Origin: Polyangiaceae bacterium
GTDB lineage: Bacteria; Myxococcota_A; Polyangia; Polyangiales; Polyangiaceae
Assembly (NCBI GenBank): GCA_044376115.1
Contig: JBILLK010000009.1
Location: 192,001-256,000 of the forward strand
Direction of reading: 5' to 3'
Length of the DNA: 64,000 nt
Part shown: in pieces, positions 21,201 to 31,886 of the stretch
Position numbering within the stretch: position 1 is the stretch's first letter
Layout: each line of letters opens with the position of its first letter
Notes under the pieces: generated by a model
The model's input: the letters and a program-made list of their open reading frames with translations, nothing else
Told to the model about the DNA's origin: nothing
Database searches by the model: none
Made by a program: the position numbers and the translations under genes

Positions 21201-21794
21201 TCAGCCGAGCGCTTGACGGGCTGCTGCGAGCGCTTGCTCGACCGCGCCGGGGGCCAGACCGAAGCCGGCGGCGAGCTTGTCCATCGTCGCTCGCTCCACT
21301 TCGCTCACACCGCCCGAAATCTGCGCGATGAACGCTGCAACGCGAAGGACCTCCTCCTGTTGCTCTGGGCGAGTAACGGTGCTTGTGACTGCACTCAATC
21401 GCTTTTCGAGACCGTCTTCTTGCAACAGTTCGGCTAAATCCGCGAGCAACGCAGCAAGCTGCTCGGAGGTTACGTGCTGATTGGTTGCTGCCAAAACGAC
21501 CTCTTCGAATGCGGCTCGTTCGTCGGCGTCGAAGTCTCCGTCGGCGTTCGCGACAAGGAAGGAGCCTTCCACCAGCGCCTCGAACAGTGCGGCTGCGGCG
21601 GGGTCAAAGCCGGTGGGCGGCGTCTTCTCTGACTCGGGCCGGACTGCGTAAAGCTCTGCGGCGCGCGCCAGAATCGAGTCCTTGTCGCGCCCACGTTGCG
21701 AGGCGTCCACAACGACAGTCGACGGCGGCATCGACGCTCGCGCGATGCGGAGTGCTGCAGCAACCTTTTCGATGAGACTCTGATCAACAGCCAT
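21201..21794 (-). CDS. TerB family protein
   Basis: VANADGDFDADE and second half-motif ISGGVSEVE. Confidence 0.8.
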   Translation of the reverse strand: MAVDQSLIEKVAAALRIARASMPPSTVVVDASQRGRDKDSILARAAELYAVRPESEKTPPTGFDPAAAALFEALVEGSFLVANADGDFDADERAAFEEVVLAATNQHVTSEQLAALLADLAELLQEDGLEKRLSAVTSTVTRPEQQEEVLRVAAFIAQISGGVSEVERATMDKLAAGFGLAPGAVEQALAAARQALG

Positions 21795-22013
21795 GTTTTG
21801 GTTTGCCGTTCCTTCGGAGTGCGCCCTGGGAGAGCAGGTGGGCGTTGGCCCGAGTCATAGCCTGGAATTGGTCGTGAAAACGGGTGCCCCGTCAAGCGTT
21901 CTTTCGTTGAGGCGGGTTTGGGCCCGACACTGCCTCACTCAGGAGTGGCTTGTGTGCGCGGCCCGTATCATCCCTGAGAAATCTTGGTGTCCTTGATCTA
22001 CTCTGCGGAGTCC

Positions 22014-23993
22014 ATGCCCGGACGGGACCCTCCTCACCAACAAGGCCCTGGCTTTGGACTTCACTTCGAGGTGCTTTCTCAGATCGCCGTCGGTTCGACC
22101 GCGAGGGTTGATCTCTGTCGCAGTACGGGGCCGCGGGATCCAGGTCAGCTGATTGCGGTCAAGCGGCTCTTGCCCGAGCTATTGCACGATGACGCGTTGG
22201 CGAAGCGCTTCCTCGATGAGGTGTGGATGACCGCTGCGTTGCGGCACCCCAATGTCGTCGGGGTGGTTGGCTGGGGGCACGATCGCGAGGGCCCCTACCT
22301 CGCGGTGGATTTGGTTCAGGGCGTCTCGCTCGCTCGCTTATCGAAGAGCGTGTTTGAGACGGGCGAGCAGTTCCCCGAACGGCTCGTGGTTTACATCGGG
22401 TTGTGCGTGGCGCGCGGCCTCTCCGCTGCCCATGAATTGCGTTCCGAACGCGGTGAACACTTGCAGCTCGTGCACCGCGATTTGACCGCGGGCAACGTGC
22501 TCTTGGGTTTTGCTGGAGAGGTGCGCATCGCGGACTTTGGTTTGGCGAAAGCCAAGGACCGTCTCACCGTCACCACCAGCGAGCTGCCCAAGCGCGGTAT
22601 TGGGCACGTCGCGCCAGAAGAGCTGGAGCAACGGCCGGTCGATCATCGCTCTGATTTCTTCGGGCTGGGTGTGCTGCTCTACGAGACGCTGACCGGAAAG
22701 GCTCCCTTTCGCGGCAAGGACGACGTGGACGTGCTTCAGGCTGTGCTTCGCAAAACGCCTCCGGATCCAGGCCTTGTGCGGCCCAAGGCGGACCGGTCTC
22801 TTTCGCAGTTGGTGCTCGCCTGTTTGGAGAAGCAGCCTGACGCTCGTCCGCCCTCGGCGCGCGCGATCGCGGCCTCGCTCGAGGAGTGGCTCTACAACCG
22901 AGGCTACCTTCAGGACTCGCCCGAGGCGCTCGGGCGCTTTGTCCGACGCAACTCAATGCGCCAGATGCGTTGGTTCGAGCGCGCCATCGCCGGGGAGCCG
23001 GAGCCCGTCCCCGGACATGTTCCGCCGCCCGCTGGACAATATCCTGGAGAGCTGAGGCCGGCCCGCGGTCCGCTTGCGAGCATGACCTCCTCCAGCAACG
23101 AGCCTACCGTCGTTGACGGGCGCAAAGCTCCACCGCCGCGCCGGACGCGGGCAGCTACGGATGGCTCGCCCCGCGCACGTCGGCGGGACTCCTCCCCAGG
23201 AATGGATCTATCGACCTCGGATGGCGAGGTGATCACCCGACAGGCCCTCGGAGTGGGTGTTCCCTCGATGGTCGACGAAGAAGGTGAGGATGATCCGACG
23301 CTGGCGCTGAAGCTGGACCCGGCGATGGCTAAGCAGATGCGCGAGCACTTCGAGGCGACGCGGCAGCGCAACGAGCCGAACCCGTCGTCAGCGGCTCCGC
23401 CGCCGAGTGGAGCCGATTCGACGCCTCCTGCACCGCCCGTTGCCACCAAAGGCGCGAGCGGTCCTCCTCCGCTTCCCCTCGCCATTCCCCATGGCCTTCC
23501 GTTCCCGCGGCCGATTCCTCGTGAGCCGCTCGCCACGGTGCGGATCGAGGACGTCGAAACGGCAGACTCGTCCACAGAGAACCTGCAGGTCGTGCAAAAG
23601 ATGCAACTCGCAGCCCAAGCCGAGGCCGCCGCCAACGCTGCTGCCGCCAACGCTGCCGCTGCGAGTGCTCCTAGCAACAACGACGAACGTGCCCAACGCA
23701 GCAAGAAGTCGCTGCCGAACATCCTCGAGCACATCGAGAACGAGCTGGCCCTGTTGCGTGCGCTCGCCCGCGAGCGCCATGAAGCCGCTCGCGTCGCCCG
23801 CGCCGAAGCTCACGCTGCTGCTGTGCGCGCCGATGAGGCCGAAGCCGACGCCCGCGCCGTCGAACGTGCGATGGCGGGTGCGCGGCAAGCGATGGATCTC
23901 GCGAGTCGAGGGGACCCGCTGGGCGCCACCAAGAAGCTCGAAGAGGCCTTCAGCGACGTCGCTCGGCCCCGCCAACCGAAGCCGACGACCTAA
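22014..23993 (+). CDS. Cytoplasmic Ser/Thr protein kinase with Pro-rich linker and coiled-coil tail
   Basis: AVKR, HRDLTAGN, DFG, APE; no TM segment. Confidence 0.88.
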   Translation: MPGRDPPHQQGPGFGLHFEVLSQIAVGSTARVDLCRSTGPRDPGQLIAVKRLLPELLHDDALAKRFLDEVWMTAALRHPNVVGVVGWGHDREGPYLAVDLVQGVSLARLSKSVFETGEQFPERLVVYIGLCVARGLSAAHELRSERGEHLQLVHRDLTAGNVLLGFAGEVRIADFGLAKAKDRLTVTTSELPKRGIGHVAPEELEQRPVDHRSDFFGLGVLLYETLTGKAPFRGKDDVDVLQAVLRKTPPDPGLVRPKADRSLSQLVLACLEKQPDARPPSARAIAASLEEWLYNRGYLQDSPEALGRFVRRNSMRQMRWFERAIAGEPEPVPGHVPPPAGQYPGELRPARGPLASMTSSSNEPTVVDGRKAPPPRRTRAATDGSPRARRRDSSPGMDLSTSDGEVITRQALGVGVPSMVDEEGEDDPTLALKLDPAMAKQMREHFEATRQRNEPNPSSAAPPPSGADSTPPAPPVATKGASGPPPLPLAIPHGLPFPRPIPREPLATVRIEDVETADSSTENLQVVQKMQLAAQAEAAANAAAANAAAASAPSNNDERAQRSKKSLPNILEHIENELALLRALARERHEAARVARAEAHAAAVRADEAEADARAVERAMAGARQAMDLASRGDPLGATKKLEEAFSDVARPRQPKPTT

Positions 23994-25372
23994 CGCTGGG
24001 CCTGGCTTTGAACCGCCTGTTGCGCGGCCGCTAAGCGCGCCTCGAGGTCCTTCTGCTTGCGGCCGTCTTGCAGTTTGGCTGGCAACGCTCGAAAGCCCGC
24101 GAGCTCCTCTTGCAAGCTGGCGAGGGCCTCGGCATGCCGCCCGAGCTTTGCGAAGGCCTTCGATTGCATCGCTAAATAGCGCAGTCGGCGGGGCCCGTAC
24201 GAAAGCTCCAGCGTGCGCGCGAGCGGCGCTAGCGCAGCTTCGAAGCGGCCTAGCTCGAGCAACGTGAAGGCCAATCGAGCCGGCGGTTCGTAGTTGTCGG
24301 GGAACTCTTTGCAGCGCGCCTCGAGCATCTTTGCGGCTTCATCCCCGCGATCTAGCGCGAGGTAGGTGAGCATCCGTTGATAGTCGTGCACTTGCGCTTG
24401 GGCCGGCGTGTCGGCAGCTTGCACGGTGCTCTCGAGCAGCAGCAGGCGCTTCTCCTGAAGCGTACGGGCCTCGCTTTTGCGGCCCTGTTGGTCCAGCCAT
24501 TCGGCCCAAGCGCCCATGGCGTCGGAGCGGTCATCGACACTGGCGCCCTCAGCGGGCTGCTCGATCATCCGTGGCAGTCGTTCGCTCACGAAGAGCTGCC
24601 CGGCCTCCTTCCGCTTGATATCGGCGTCGCTCGAGCAGCGGAGGATCTGAAGGAGCACGTCGACGCTGGCGCTCGAACCTTGCACGCTGTCGCTCAAAGC
24701 CATGCCTTCATCGACGCAGCGATCCGGTTGCTGCTGCGCCACCAGCGTCTGCAACAATCCCGCGACTGCTTCCTTCTTTGCGTTGGCCGCGAGCAAGCCG
24801 GCGGCTTGCCGATAGAGCGCCGCTGCACTCGCGTGATTGCCGGATTGCGCTTCACGGTGAGCCTGCGCAAGTTCTCTATGTCCTGGCTCTGGGTTGGCCC
24901 TGCTTCGGGCGGCGCGCTCGAGAAAGCTGGCCGTTTCTTCGAGTGACATCGAGCCGCCGTAGGACGCAACAAGCTCGCGCGTAACCGGGTCGAACACGAG
25001 GAAGGTCGGCCAAACCCGCAGCGGGTAACGCTCGACGAAGGCGAGCGCCTCCGGCCTGTCGGTATCGATCTCGAGAAAGTCGAACTGCGTTGCAAACCGA
25101 CCGAGTTCGCTGCGGTTCCAAACCGTTTCCCGCATCGAAAGGCAGGTGTGGCACCAGGGCGCCCAAGCGTCGACGAGCAGCAGCTTGCCGCTGTTGCGAG
25201 CCGCGAGCATCGCCTCGTCGAAGTCCCCGCTCTGGAACGTGAGCGGCTGGCTTTTCGCTGGCTCAGCTGTCGATACGGGCGGGGCGAGGGGGCTCGGGGG
25301 CCGTGCTGTGCCGCAAGCGACCAACATCAGGCAACCCATTCCTAGCCACGCCCGGGTCCTCGTTGAACGCAC
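23990..25372 (-). CDS. Thioredoxin-family + TPR lipoprotein
   Basis: Lipobox LVAC, WAPWCHTC, helical TPR-like repeats; start could be 25372 (GTG) or 25339 (ATG). Confidence 0.78.
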   Translation of the reverse strand: MRSTRTRAWLGMGCLMLVACGTARPPSPLAPPVSTAEPAKSQPLTFQSGDFDEAMLAARNSGKLLLVDAWAPWCHTCLSMRETVWNRSELGRFATQFDFLEIDTDRPEALAFVERYPLRVWPTFLVFDPVTRELVASYGGSMSLEETASFLERAARSRANPEPGHRELAQAHREAQSGNHASAAALYRQAAGLLAANAKKEAVAGLLQTLVAQQQPDRCVDEGMALSDSVQGSSASVDVLLQILRCSSDADIKRKEAGQLFVSERLPRMIEQPAEGASVDDRSDAMGAWAEWLDQQGRKSEARTLQEKRLLLLESTVQAADTPAQAQVHDYQRMLTYLALDRGDEAAKMLEARCKEFPDNYEPPARLAFTLLELGRFEAALAPLARTLELSYGPRRLRYLAMQSKAFAKLGRHAEALASLQEELAGFRALPAKLQDGRKQKDLEARLAAAQQAVQSQAQR

Positions 25373-25486
25373 CGCGCGAGCATGGGGCGGAGCCGTTCTG
25401 CAGGCAAAGCCATTGTTGCAGCGCTCCGCTGTCGAACTTGCGTTGACGGCGCCCAGGTCACAAGGCAAGAAGCCGCCCGAGGCCCT

Positions 25487-26608
25487 GTGAAAACTCATCG
25501 CTTGCTGGGTTGCTTGCTGCTTGCCACCACGGTCTGCTTTTCCTCGGTTGGCTACGCGGGAGATCCAGCCAAGCTGAAGGCTGCCTCGGATTCGTTCGCG
25601 GCTGGCGCTCGCGCCTTTGAGGACAAGCGCTTCGAGGAGGCTGCCGCGCACTTCGAGGCGGCCGACGCCGCTGCCCCCAGTCCTCAAGCCTTGCGGCTCG
25701 CCATTCGTTCTCGCTTGAATGCTGGCCAAGAAGCTCGCGCGGCGACGCTCTCGGCCTTGGCGCTCGAGCTGCACCCCGGCGATGAAGAGTTATCCAAGCT
25801 CGCGACCACGACGGTTGAGGCAGCGGGTTCCAAGTTGCACAAGGTGGCGGTGAGCTGCGCATCCCCGTGCCTGCTCGCAGCAGGCTCCAAGATCGTCCAC
25901 GGCGAGCCCCGTACCCGCTGGACCCTCTTCCTCGAGCCGGGGTCGGTCGTTCTCGGTGCGAGCTTCGTTGGTCGCATTGCCGCTGATGATCAGACCATCA
26001 AAGCCGCGGCCGGCAAGTCGTCGAATGTGCGCTTTGAGCCGAAGAAAGACGGCCCTGCGAGCGGCGGTGGCGCGGCTGCCGGTGGTGCGGGCGGTGGCGA
26101 CGGAGGCGGCCCAGCGAAGGGTGGCTCGGACGCAGGTGGGGCAGGGGAAGGTGGAAGCGCCGGTGAACCCGCCGGGGGCTCTGGCGGTGGTGAGGAGCCG
26201 ACGCCTGCCGAGACGAGTTCGGGCGGGATCCATCCGGCCTTTTTTATCGTTGGCAGCGTGGTCACGGCGGGTCTTGGCGGCACGGCCATTTGGTCCGGCA
26301 TCGACACCGTCAATAACCCTGGGGAAGATGCTGTGAAAGCAGCCTGCGCCGGCAAAGGTGAAGAGTGTCCGCTTTATCAAGAGGCGCAGGACAAGGAGCT
26401 GCGCACCAACATCCTGATCGGTGCCACCGCCGGGGTGGCTGCGGTGAGCGTGGTTTTGGCCATCGTGACCGACTGGGGTGGGGGCGAGAAGCCGGTTGAG
26501 CCGGCTGCAGAAAACGTCACGTTCGACTGGCCGCGATTGTGGCTTAATGGGGGCGGTGCTAACTCTGCACCCACCGTCCTGGTCGAAGTAGGGGGCCATT
26601 TTCTGTGA
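25487..26608 (+). CDS. Secreted/membrane TPR protein with PEGA-like region and C-terminal hydrophobic hairpin
   Basis: Signal peptide, TPR (FEEAAAHFEAAD), Gly-rich linker, two Gly-rich hydrophobic segments; precedes a kinase. Confidence 0.7.
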   Translation: MKTHRLLGCLLLATTVCFSSVGYAGDPAKLKAASDSFAAGARAFEDKRFEEAAAHFEAADAAAPSPQALRLAIRSRLNAGQEARAATLSALALELHPGDEELSKLATTTVEAAGSKLHKVAVSCASPCLLAAGSKIVHGEPRTRWTLFLEPGSVVLGASFVGRIAADDQTIKAAAGKSSNVRFEPKKDGPASGGGAAAGGAGGGDGGGPAKGGSDAGGAGEGGSAGEPAGGSGGGEEPTPAETSSGGIHPAFFIVGSVVTAGLGGTAIWSGIDTVNNPGEDAVKAACAGKGEECPLYQEAQDKELRTNILIGATAGVAAVSVVLAIVTDWGGGEKPVEPAAENVTFDWPRLWLNGGGANSAPTVLVEVGGHFL

Positions 26609-26684
26609 TCTTCGGTCGAACTGCTCTTGGCAAACCAATCGCTGATGGGCCTCTTCCGGCCGATCTAGCTTGCGTGGAGACCAC

Positions 26685-29060
26685 GTGGCCAAGGTAAAGC
26701 TGCTCGACCCTTCGGATCCTCGCCGCAAGCTCGACCGCTACGAGTTGATTGGGGAAATCGCCACGGGCGGTATGGCGACCGTGTTTCTGGCGCGTCGCGG
26801 TGGCGCCGGCGGTTTTCAGCGCTTTGTCGCCATCAAGCGGTTGCATCCGCATCTGCAAGGGGAGCCCGAGTTCGTTGAGATGTTTCTCGATGAGGCGCGG
26901 CTCGCCGCGCTGATTCACCACCCCAACGTGGTGCCGATCCTGGAGGTTGGTGAGTCGGAGGCTGGCTACTACCTCGTGATGGAGTACGTCGAGGGTGACA
27001 CGCTCTCCAAGATCGTCGCTCGGGCGATGTCGCTCGGGCAGATGCCTCCTCGCCAGGTGATCCTGCGCATGATGTTGGATGCGCTCGCTGGCCTGCATGC
27101 GGCGCACGAGCTGCGAGATGAGCGTGGGCAGTTGCTTGGCCTTGTGCACCGCGATTGTTCACCGCAGAACGTCTTGATCGGCGTGGACGGCACGGCGCGC
27201 ATCACTGACTTCGGCGTCGCTCGCGCCTCCAGCCGCTTGACCTCCACCGCGCACGGCAAGCTCAAGGGCAAGCTCGCGTACATGGCGCCCGAGCAAACGC
27301 GCGGGGACGAGCTGGATCGGCGCACGGATCTGTTCGCGATGGGCATCATCTTGTGGGAGGTCTTGTGCGGCAAACGCCTGTTCAAGGCCGACAACGAGGC
27401 CGCCACGTTGCAGCGCATCTTGGTCGAGGCGATTCGCCCGCCGAGTCAGGTCAACGCAGACATTCCCCCTTCGTTCGATGCGGTGGTCTTGCGCGCGCTC
27501 GATCGGCAGCCGGAAAAACGCTACCAAACGGCCGCTGACTTCGCTGATGCGCTCGAGGCCGCGGGCCGCGAGGCGGCCAAGCTGTCGGTGTCGGACGTGG
27601 GTGTGGCCTCGCCTCGTGAGGTCGCGAGCTACGTCCAACAGATCCTCGGCCAGGAGATCGGCGCTCAGCGTGAGAGCGTTCGAGCGTGGCTCGCGCAAAG
27701 TGATTCGGGGCAAGAGGTGATCATCACCGGCGCGCCGCGAACGCCGGTTCCGGCGCGAGACGGCTCGGCTCCGGTCGCGGCGGTACCGCGCGCCGATGCA
27801 GTGCCCAACCTCCGCTACGAGGTCGCGGCTGACGTGACGATGCGCTTTGCGCTCGAGAGCAAGAAGGAAGCGGCGTTACCATCCCCGGCTCCGCCGCCGC
27901 CTTCCTCCGCTACCAAACCTGCTCCGCTTCCCCCTCCGCCTGAGTCGCAGCGCGCCGTCCCTCCTCCTCCGCGCCCGCCGCCGCCGCCGAAACCCAGCCA
28001 GCCAACCTTGCTCGGTCAGGGGCCTCCGCTCCGTGACGGCCAGGTGATGAGCGCGCCGGTGCCCGCCGCCGGTCGCCCCGTCGAGAAAGATCCGCCGGCT
28101 ACACAGAAGGGACTCGGCGTTGAGTCTGAAGGCTTCGGCGGTGGGGATCTCGATGATGATCTCGGGGAGGACGCAGTCACGGTCGCGCGACGCACCGACG
28201 CACCGCTCTCGCTGAACCAGCCGCAGGTGAAGACGCAGCGTGGGCTCTTTGCCACGCCGGAGAAAGCACCGGTCGTTACCAACGCGGTGCAGTCGACGAA
28301 TCTCGCCAGCCTCACGCACACGCCGCGGATGCCGATGTCGCCTGAGCAAGCGGGTGTTCCAGAGGCCAAGGTGCAGATCGCGAAAGCTGCGCTTGGTGCC
28401 GGAGTTGGTTCTTCGCCGCCGGGAGCCTTGAAGCCGGGCGCAATTCAAGAAGCCGTGCCGATCGTCGAGGGGTTGCCTGCGCCGCGTACGCCGAGCACGC
28501 ACCCGCGCACGCTGGTTTCAGCCGGCGGCAACGAGGTTTCTGCAGGTGGCTTCACCCCCGGCTCGATGACGCTGCCCACGCCCTCGAGCGGGCTCGTGCC
28601 GAACGGCTATTCGGCCTCCGACGTGTCGGATCCAACGCTGGTGCACTCGCTGCCGAAGCGGCCCATTGGGCGCTACGTGGTGGTGCTCGCGGCGTTCCTG
28701 TTCGTATTCGCGGGGGGCCTTTTGTTCCTGAAGTACCGTGACTCCAGCGCGAAGTCGGTTGCACAAACCGCCGAGCCTGAAACGGCCAAACCGCGCACCA
28801 CCGCCACCGCGCAGCCCGTCCCCACCGTTCCCACACTCACGAGCTCGGCCTCCTCGACGGCCAGCACTGCGCCGAGCGCGCAAGAAACGGCCGAGCCGGT
28901 GAAGACGGCCGAACCGGAGACCACCGGTAAGCCGGGCAAAGGCCCGCGCACTAGCAAGACCGCGAAGCCGGTGGAGACGTCCACTGCCACCACGAGCAAA
29001 CCAGCGGCAACCGCCACTGCAAAGCCGTCGGGTGAAAACCTGACGAATCCCTATCGCTGA
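26685..29060 (+). CDS. Membrane Ser/Thr protein kinase
   Basis: GGMATV, AIKR, HRDCSPQN, DFG, KGKLAYMAPE, TM, C-terminal NPYR. Confidence 0.92.
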   Translation: MAKVKLLDPSDPRRKLDRYELIGEIATGGMATVFLARRGGAGGFQRFVAIKRLHPHLQGEPEFVEMFLDEARLAALIHHPNVVPILEVGESEAGYYLVMEYVEGDTLSKIVARAMSLGQMPPRQVILRMMLDALAGLHAAHELRDERGQLLGLVHRDCSPQNVLIGVDGTARITDFGVARASSRLTSTAHGKLKGKLAYMAPEQTRGDELDRRTDLFAMGIILWEVLCGKRLFKADNEAATLQRILVEAIRPPSQVNADIPPSFDAVVLRALDRQPEKRYQTAADFADALEAAGREAAKLSVSDVGVASPREVASYVQQILGQEIGAQRESVRAWLAQSDSGQEVIITGAPRTPVPARDGSAPVAAVPRADAVPNLRYEVAADVTMRFALESKKEAALPSPAPPPPSSATKPAPLPPPPESQRAVPPPPRPPPPPKPSQPTLLGQGPPLRDGQVMSAPVPAAGRPVEKDPPATQKGLGVESEGFGGGDLDDDLGEDAVTVARRTDAPLSLNQPQVKTQRGLFATPEKAPVVTNAVQSTNLASLTHTPRMPMSPEQAGVPEAKVQIAKAALGAGVGSSPPGALKPGAIQEAVPIVEGLPAPRTPSTHPRTLVSAGGNEVSAGGFTPGSMTLPTPSSGLVPNGYSASDVSDPTLVHSLPKRPIGRYVVVLAAFLFVFAGGLLFLKYRDSSAKSVAQTAEPETAKPRTTATAQPVPTVPTLTSSASSTASTAPSAQETAEPVKTAEPETTGKPGKGPRTSKTAKPVETSTATTSKPAATATAKPSGENLTNPYR

Positions 29061-29120
29061 AGCGCGCCTCGGGCGAACGGCTCCTTGCAGTGAGCGCCGG
29101 TGCCCTGTAAAGCCAGCTCC

Positions 29121-30258
29121 ATGAGCTCGGAAACGCGGGAACGAATCGCAGACCTCAAGAGGCGCCACACGGCGCTAAGGGGGTATCTTTGACGTCCCGA
29201 GGCTTACTCGGCAGCTTGAAGATCTGAACCAAGCCACGTTGCGTCCGGGCTTCTGGAATGACAACGAATCCGCACAAAAAACGCTGCGTAAGCGCGCCCA
29301 AGCAGAAGCCAAGCTGGAGCTCGCCGAGAAGCTTGGACGTGAGCTCGTGGATCTCGAGGAGTACTTCGAGCTGGGCGTAGCGGAGGCGGATGAGTCGGTT
29401 CAGGCGGATGCTGCCCGCCAAGCCGACGCGATCGATGAGCGGCTGCGCAAGGCTGAGCTCGAGCGCATGCTCGGCGGGCCCGCGGATCGCGCCAACGCCA
29501 TCTTGACCATCCACCCGGGTGCTGGCGGTACCGACGCGAAGGATTGGGCGTCGATGCTGATGCGCATGTACATGCGCTTCGCCGAGAAGACGGGCCTCAA
29601 GGCCGAGGTGCTCGACTACCAAGAGGGCGATGAGGCCGGGATCGACGCTGTGTCGATCGCCTTCGAAGGCGAGTACGCCTACGGCAAGCTGCGCGCTGAG
29701 GTCGGTGTTCACCGGCTCGTGCGCATGAGCCCCTTCAACGCCGATCATACGCGGCAGACGGCGTTCGCCGCAGTGGACGTGACTCCCGACGTCGACGACG
29801 ACATCGACATCACGGTGCCCGACAAAGAGATCGAGATCACCACCATGCGCGCTGGCGGCAAAGGCGGTCAGAACGTCAACAAGGTGGAGACGGCCGTGCG
29901 CTTGCGCCATCACCCCACCGGCATCATGATCGTCTGCCGCGCCGAGCGCAGCCAACACCAAAACCGAGCGATGGCCATGCGTATGTTGAAGGCCAAGCTG
30001 TACGAGCTGGAGCTGCAAAAGCGGGCCGATGAAGTGGCGAACTACAACGCACAAAAGTCTGCGATCAACTTCGGCAGCCAAATTCGCAACTACGTCTTGG
30101 CGCCCTACAAGCTGGTGAAAGACGTGCGCACGGGGGCTGAAATGGGCAACGTCGAGGCAGTGCTCGACGGCGACCTCGATACCTTCATTCAGAGCTACTT
30201 GATGGCTGCGGCGGGCGGCACCCTGAAGAAGGGCGGCACCGTGGAGGACGACGCGTGA
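29121..30258 (+). CDS. prfB: Peptide chain release factor 2, translated through a programmed +1 frameshift
   Basis: 23-codon ORF ending AGGGGG-TAT-CTT-TGA-C; the +1 frame carries SPF and GGQ motifs. Confidence 0.96.
29178..29193 (+). promoter_or_regulatory. prfB +1 ribosomal frameshift signal
   Basis: Internal SD AGGGGG, 3-nt spacer, CTT TGA C. Confidence 0.95.
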
Positions 30259-31886
30259 GCAACGACAAGACAGCAAGCTCCGAATCCGCATTGATCGCAG
30301 CTCGCAAGGCGAAAGCCGAGCGAGTGAAGGCGCGCGGGGAGAACCCGTTTGCCAATGACGTCACCGGCGGAAGTCTCCCGCTCTCGAGCTTGGCCAGCGT
30401 GCGTGAGCACCACCAAGGCGAGCTATTGGAAGGCGGCAAATACGACAAGACGCAAGTTGTGGCGAAGGCCGCGTCCTTCCGCGTCGCGGGCCGTATTCTG
30501 TTCTTGCGCTCTTTCGGCGCGGGGGCCTTCGTTCGCCTGCGCGACCGTACGGGCGAGCTGCAGCTCTATTGTCAGGAGAGCACGCTGGGCGCTGAGTTTG
30601 GCCGGCTCGACGACCTGGATCTCGGCGACTTCGTCGAGGCCGAGGGGCTGACCACCGCGACCGATAAAGGCGAGCTCTCGCTCGACCCAACGCGGCTGCG
30701 GCTGCTGACCAAATCGCACCGTCCACTACCGACCAAGACCAGCTTCAAGGACGTCGAGCAGCGCTACCGCATGCGCTACGTGGACCTGGTCGCGAACAAG
30801 GAGGTGACGAGCACCTTCCGCGCCCGCGCTTACATCGTCGCGGCCTTGCGTGAGTTCCTCGACACCCGCGGCTTCCTCGAGGTCGAGACGCCGACCATGG
30901 GGACGATCGTCGGCGGCGCGTTGGCCAAGCCGTTCCAAACGCATCACAACGCTCTCGACATGAAGCTGTTCATGCGCATCGCGCCCGAGCTCTACCTCAA
31001 GCGCTTGGTCGTGGGCGGCTTCGAGCGCGTGTACGAGGTCGCTCGCTGCTATCGCAATGAGGGCGTGTCCACGCGGCACAACCCCGAGTTCACCATGCTC
31101 GAGTACTACCAGGCGTACGCCACCTACGAGACGTTGATGGACCAGACCGAGGAGCTCTTGCGCTTCGTCGACGCGCGGCTCGCCGAGCGTCTGCCCGCGG
31201 CGCATGCGGAGTGGGCTGCGACCCGCAACTTCACCTTTGCCTCCTTCGCCCGCGTGACGATGAAAGATCTCGTGGCCAGCGCGCTCGAGCGCTCAGGCCT
31301 TCCTGCGGATCTCCCGTCGCTGATCACGACGGAGGGAGCCCCGATCAAAGAATGGGCAAAGACGGCGAAGGAACGCGGTCGCGAGCTCGATTGGAGCAAC
31401 TTCAAGAAGGGCATGCTCAAGTGCGACAGCGACGGTGAGCGGCTGTTCGCTGCGTACGAGTACGTGGCCGAGCCCTTCTTGGTGAAGGACTATCGCAGCG
31501 CCGACGGCAAGCACTCGATCCCGGTGTTCGTGGTGGACTACCCGTTCGAGGTGTCGCCCTTGGCCCGTAAAAAAGACGCAGACGGCTCGCTCGTGGATCG
31601 CTTCGAGCTTTTCGTTGATGGGCGGGAGATCTGCAACGCCTTCAGTGAACTCAACGATCCCGAGGACCAGGCCGAGCGCTTCCGCGCGCAAGTGGACAAG
31701 AAGGCCAAAGGCGCCGATGAAACGATGGACTACGACGAGGACTACATCCGCGCGCTCGAGCACGGCATGCCGCCGGCTGCGGGCTTCGGCATGGGCGTCG
31801 ACCGCCTGGCGATGCTGCTCACCGGCAGCGCTTCGATCCGCGACGTCATCCTGTTTCCGCTGATGCGCCCTGAAGGGACCGGATGA
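30255..31886 (+). CDS. lysS: Lysyl-tRNA synthetase (class II)
   Basis: [39 protein letters not shown]; follows prfB. Confidence 0.97.
   Translation: MSNDKTASSESALIAARKAKAERVKARGENPFANDVTGGSLPLSSLASVREHHQGELLEGGKYDKTQVVAKAASFRVAGRILFLRSFGAGAFVRLRDRTGELQLYCQESTLGAEFGRLDDLDLGDFVEAEGLTTATDKGELSLDPTRLRLLTKSHRPLPTKTSFKDVEQRYRMRYVDLVANKEVTSTFRARAYIVAALREFLDTRGFLEVETPTMGTIVGGALAKPFQTHHNALDMKLFMRIAPELYLKRLVVGGFERVYEVARCYRNEGVSTRHNPEFTMLEYYQAYATYETLMDQTEELLRFVDARLAERLPAAHAEWAATRNFTFASFARVTMKDLVASALERSGLPADLPSLITTEGAPIKEWAKTAKERGRELDWSNFKKGMLKCDSDGERLFAAYEYVAEPFLVKDYRSADGKHSIPVFVVDYPFEVSPLARKKDADGSLVDRFELFVDGREICNAFSELNDPEDQAERFRAQVDKKAKGADETMDYDEDYIRALEHGMPPAAGFGMGVDRLAMLLTGSASIRDVILFPLMRPEGTG

Noticed and set aside
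17399..21216. Long plus-strand ORFs 17399-18892 and 19768-21216
   Set aside because: Antisense shadows of the well-supported E2 and E1-alpha genes, expected from high-GC codon bias
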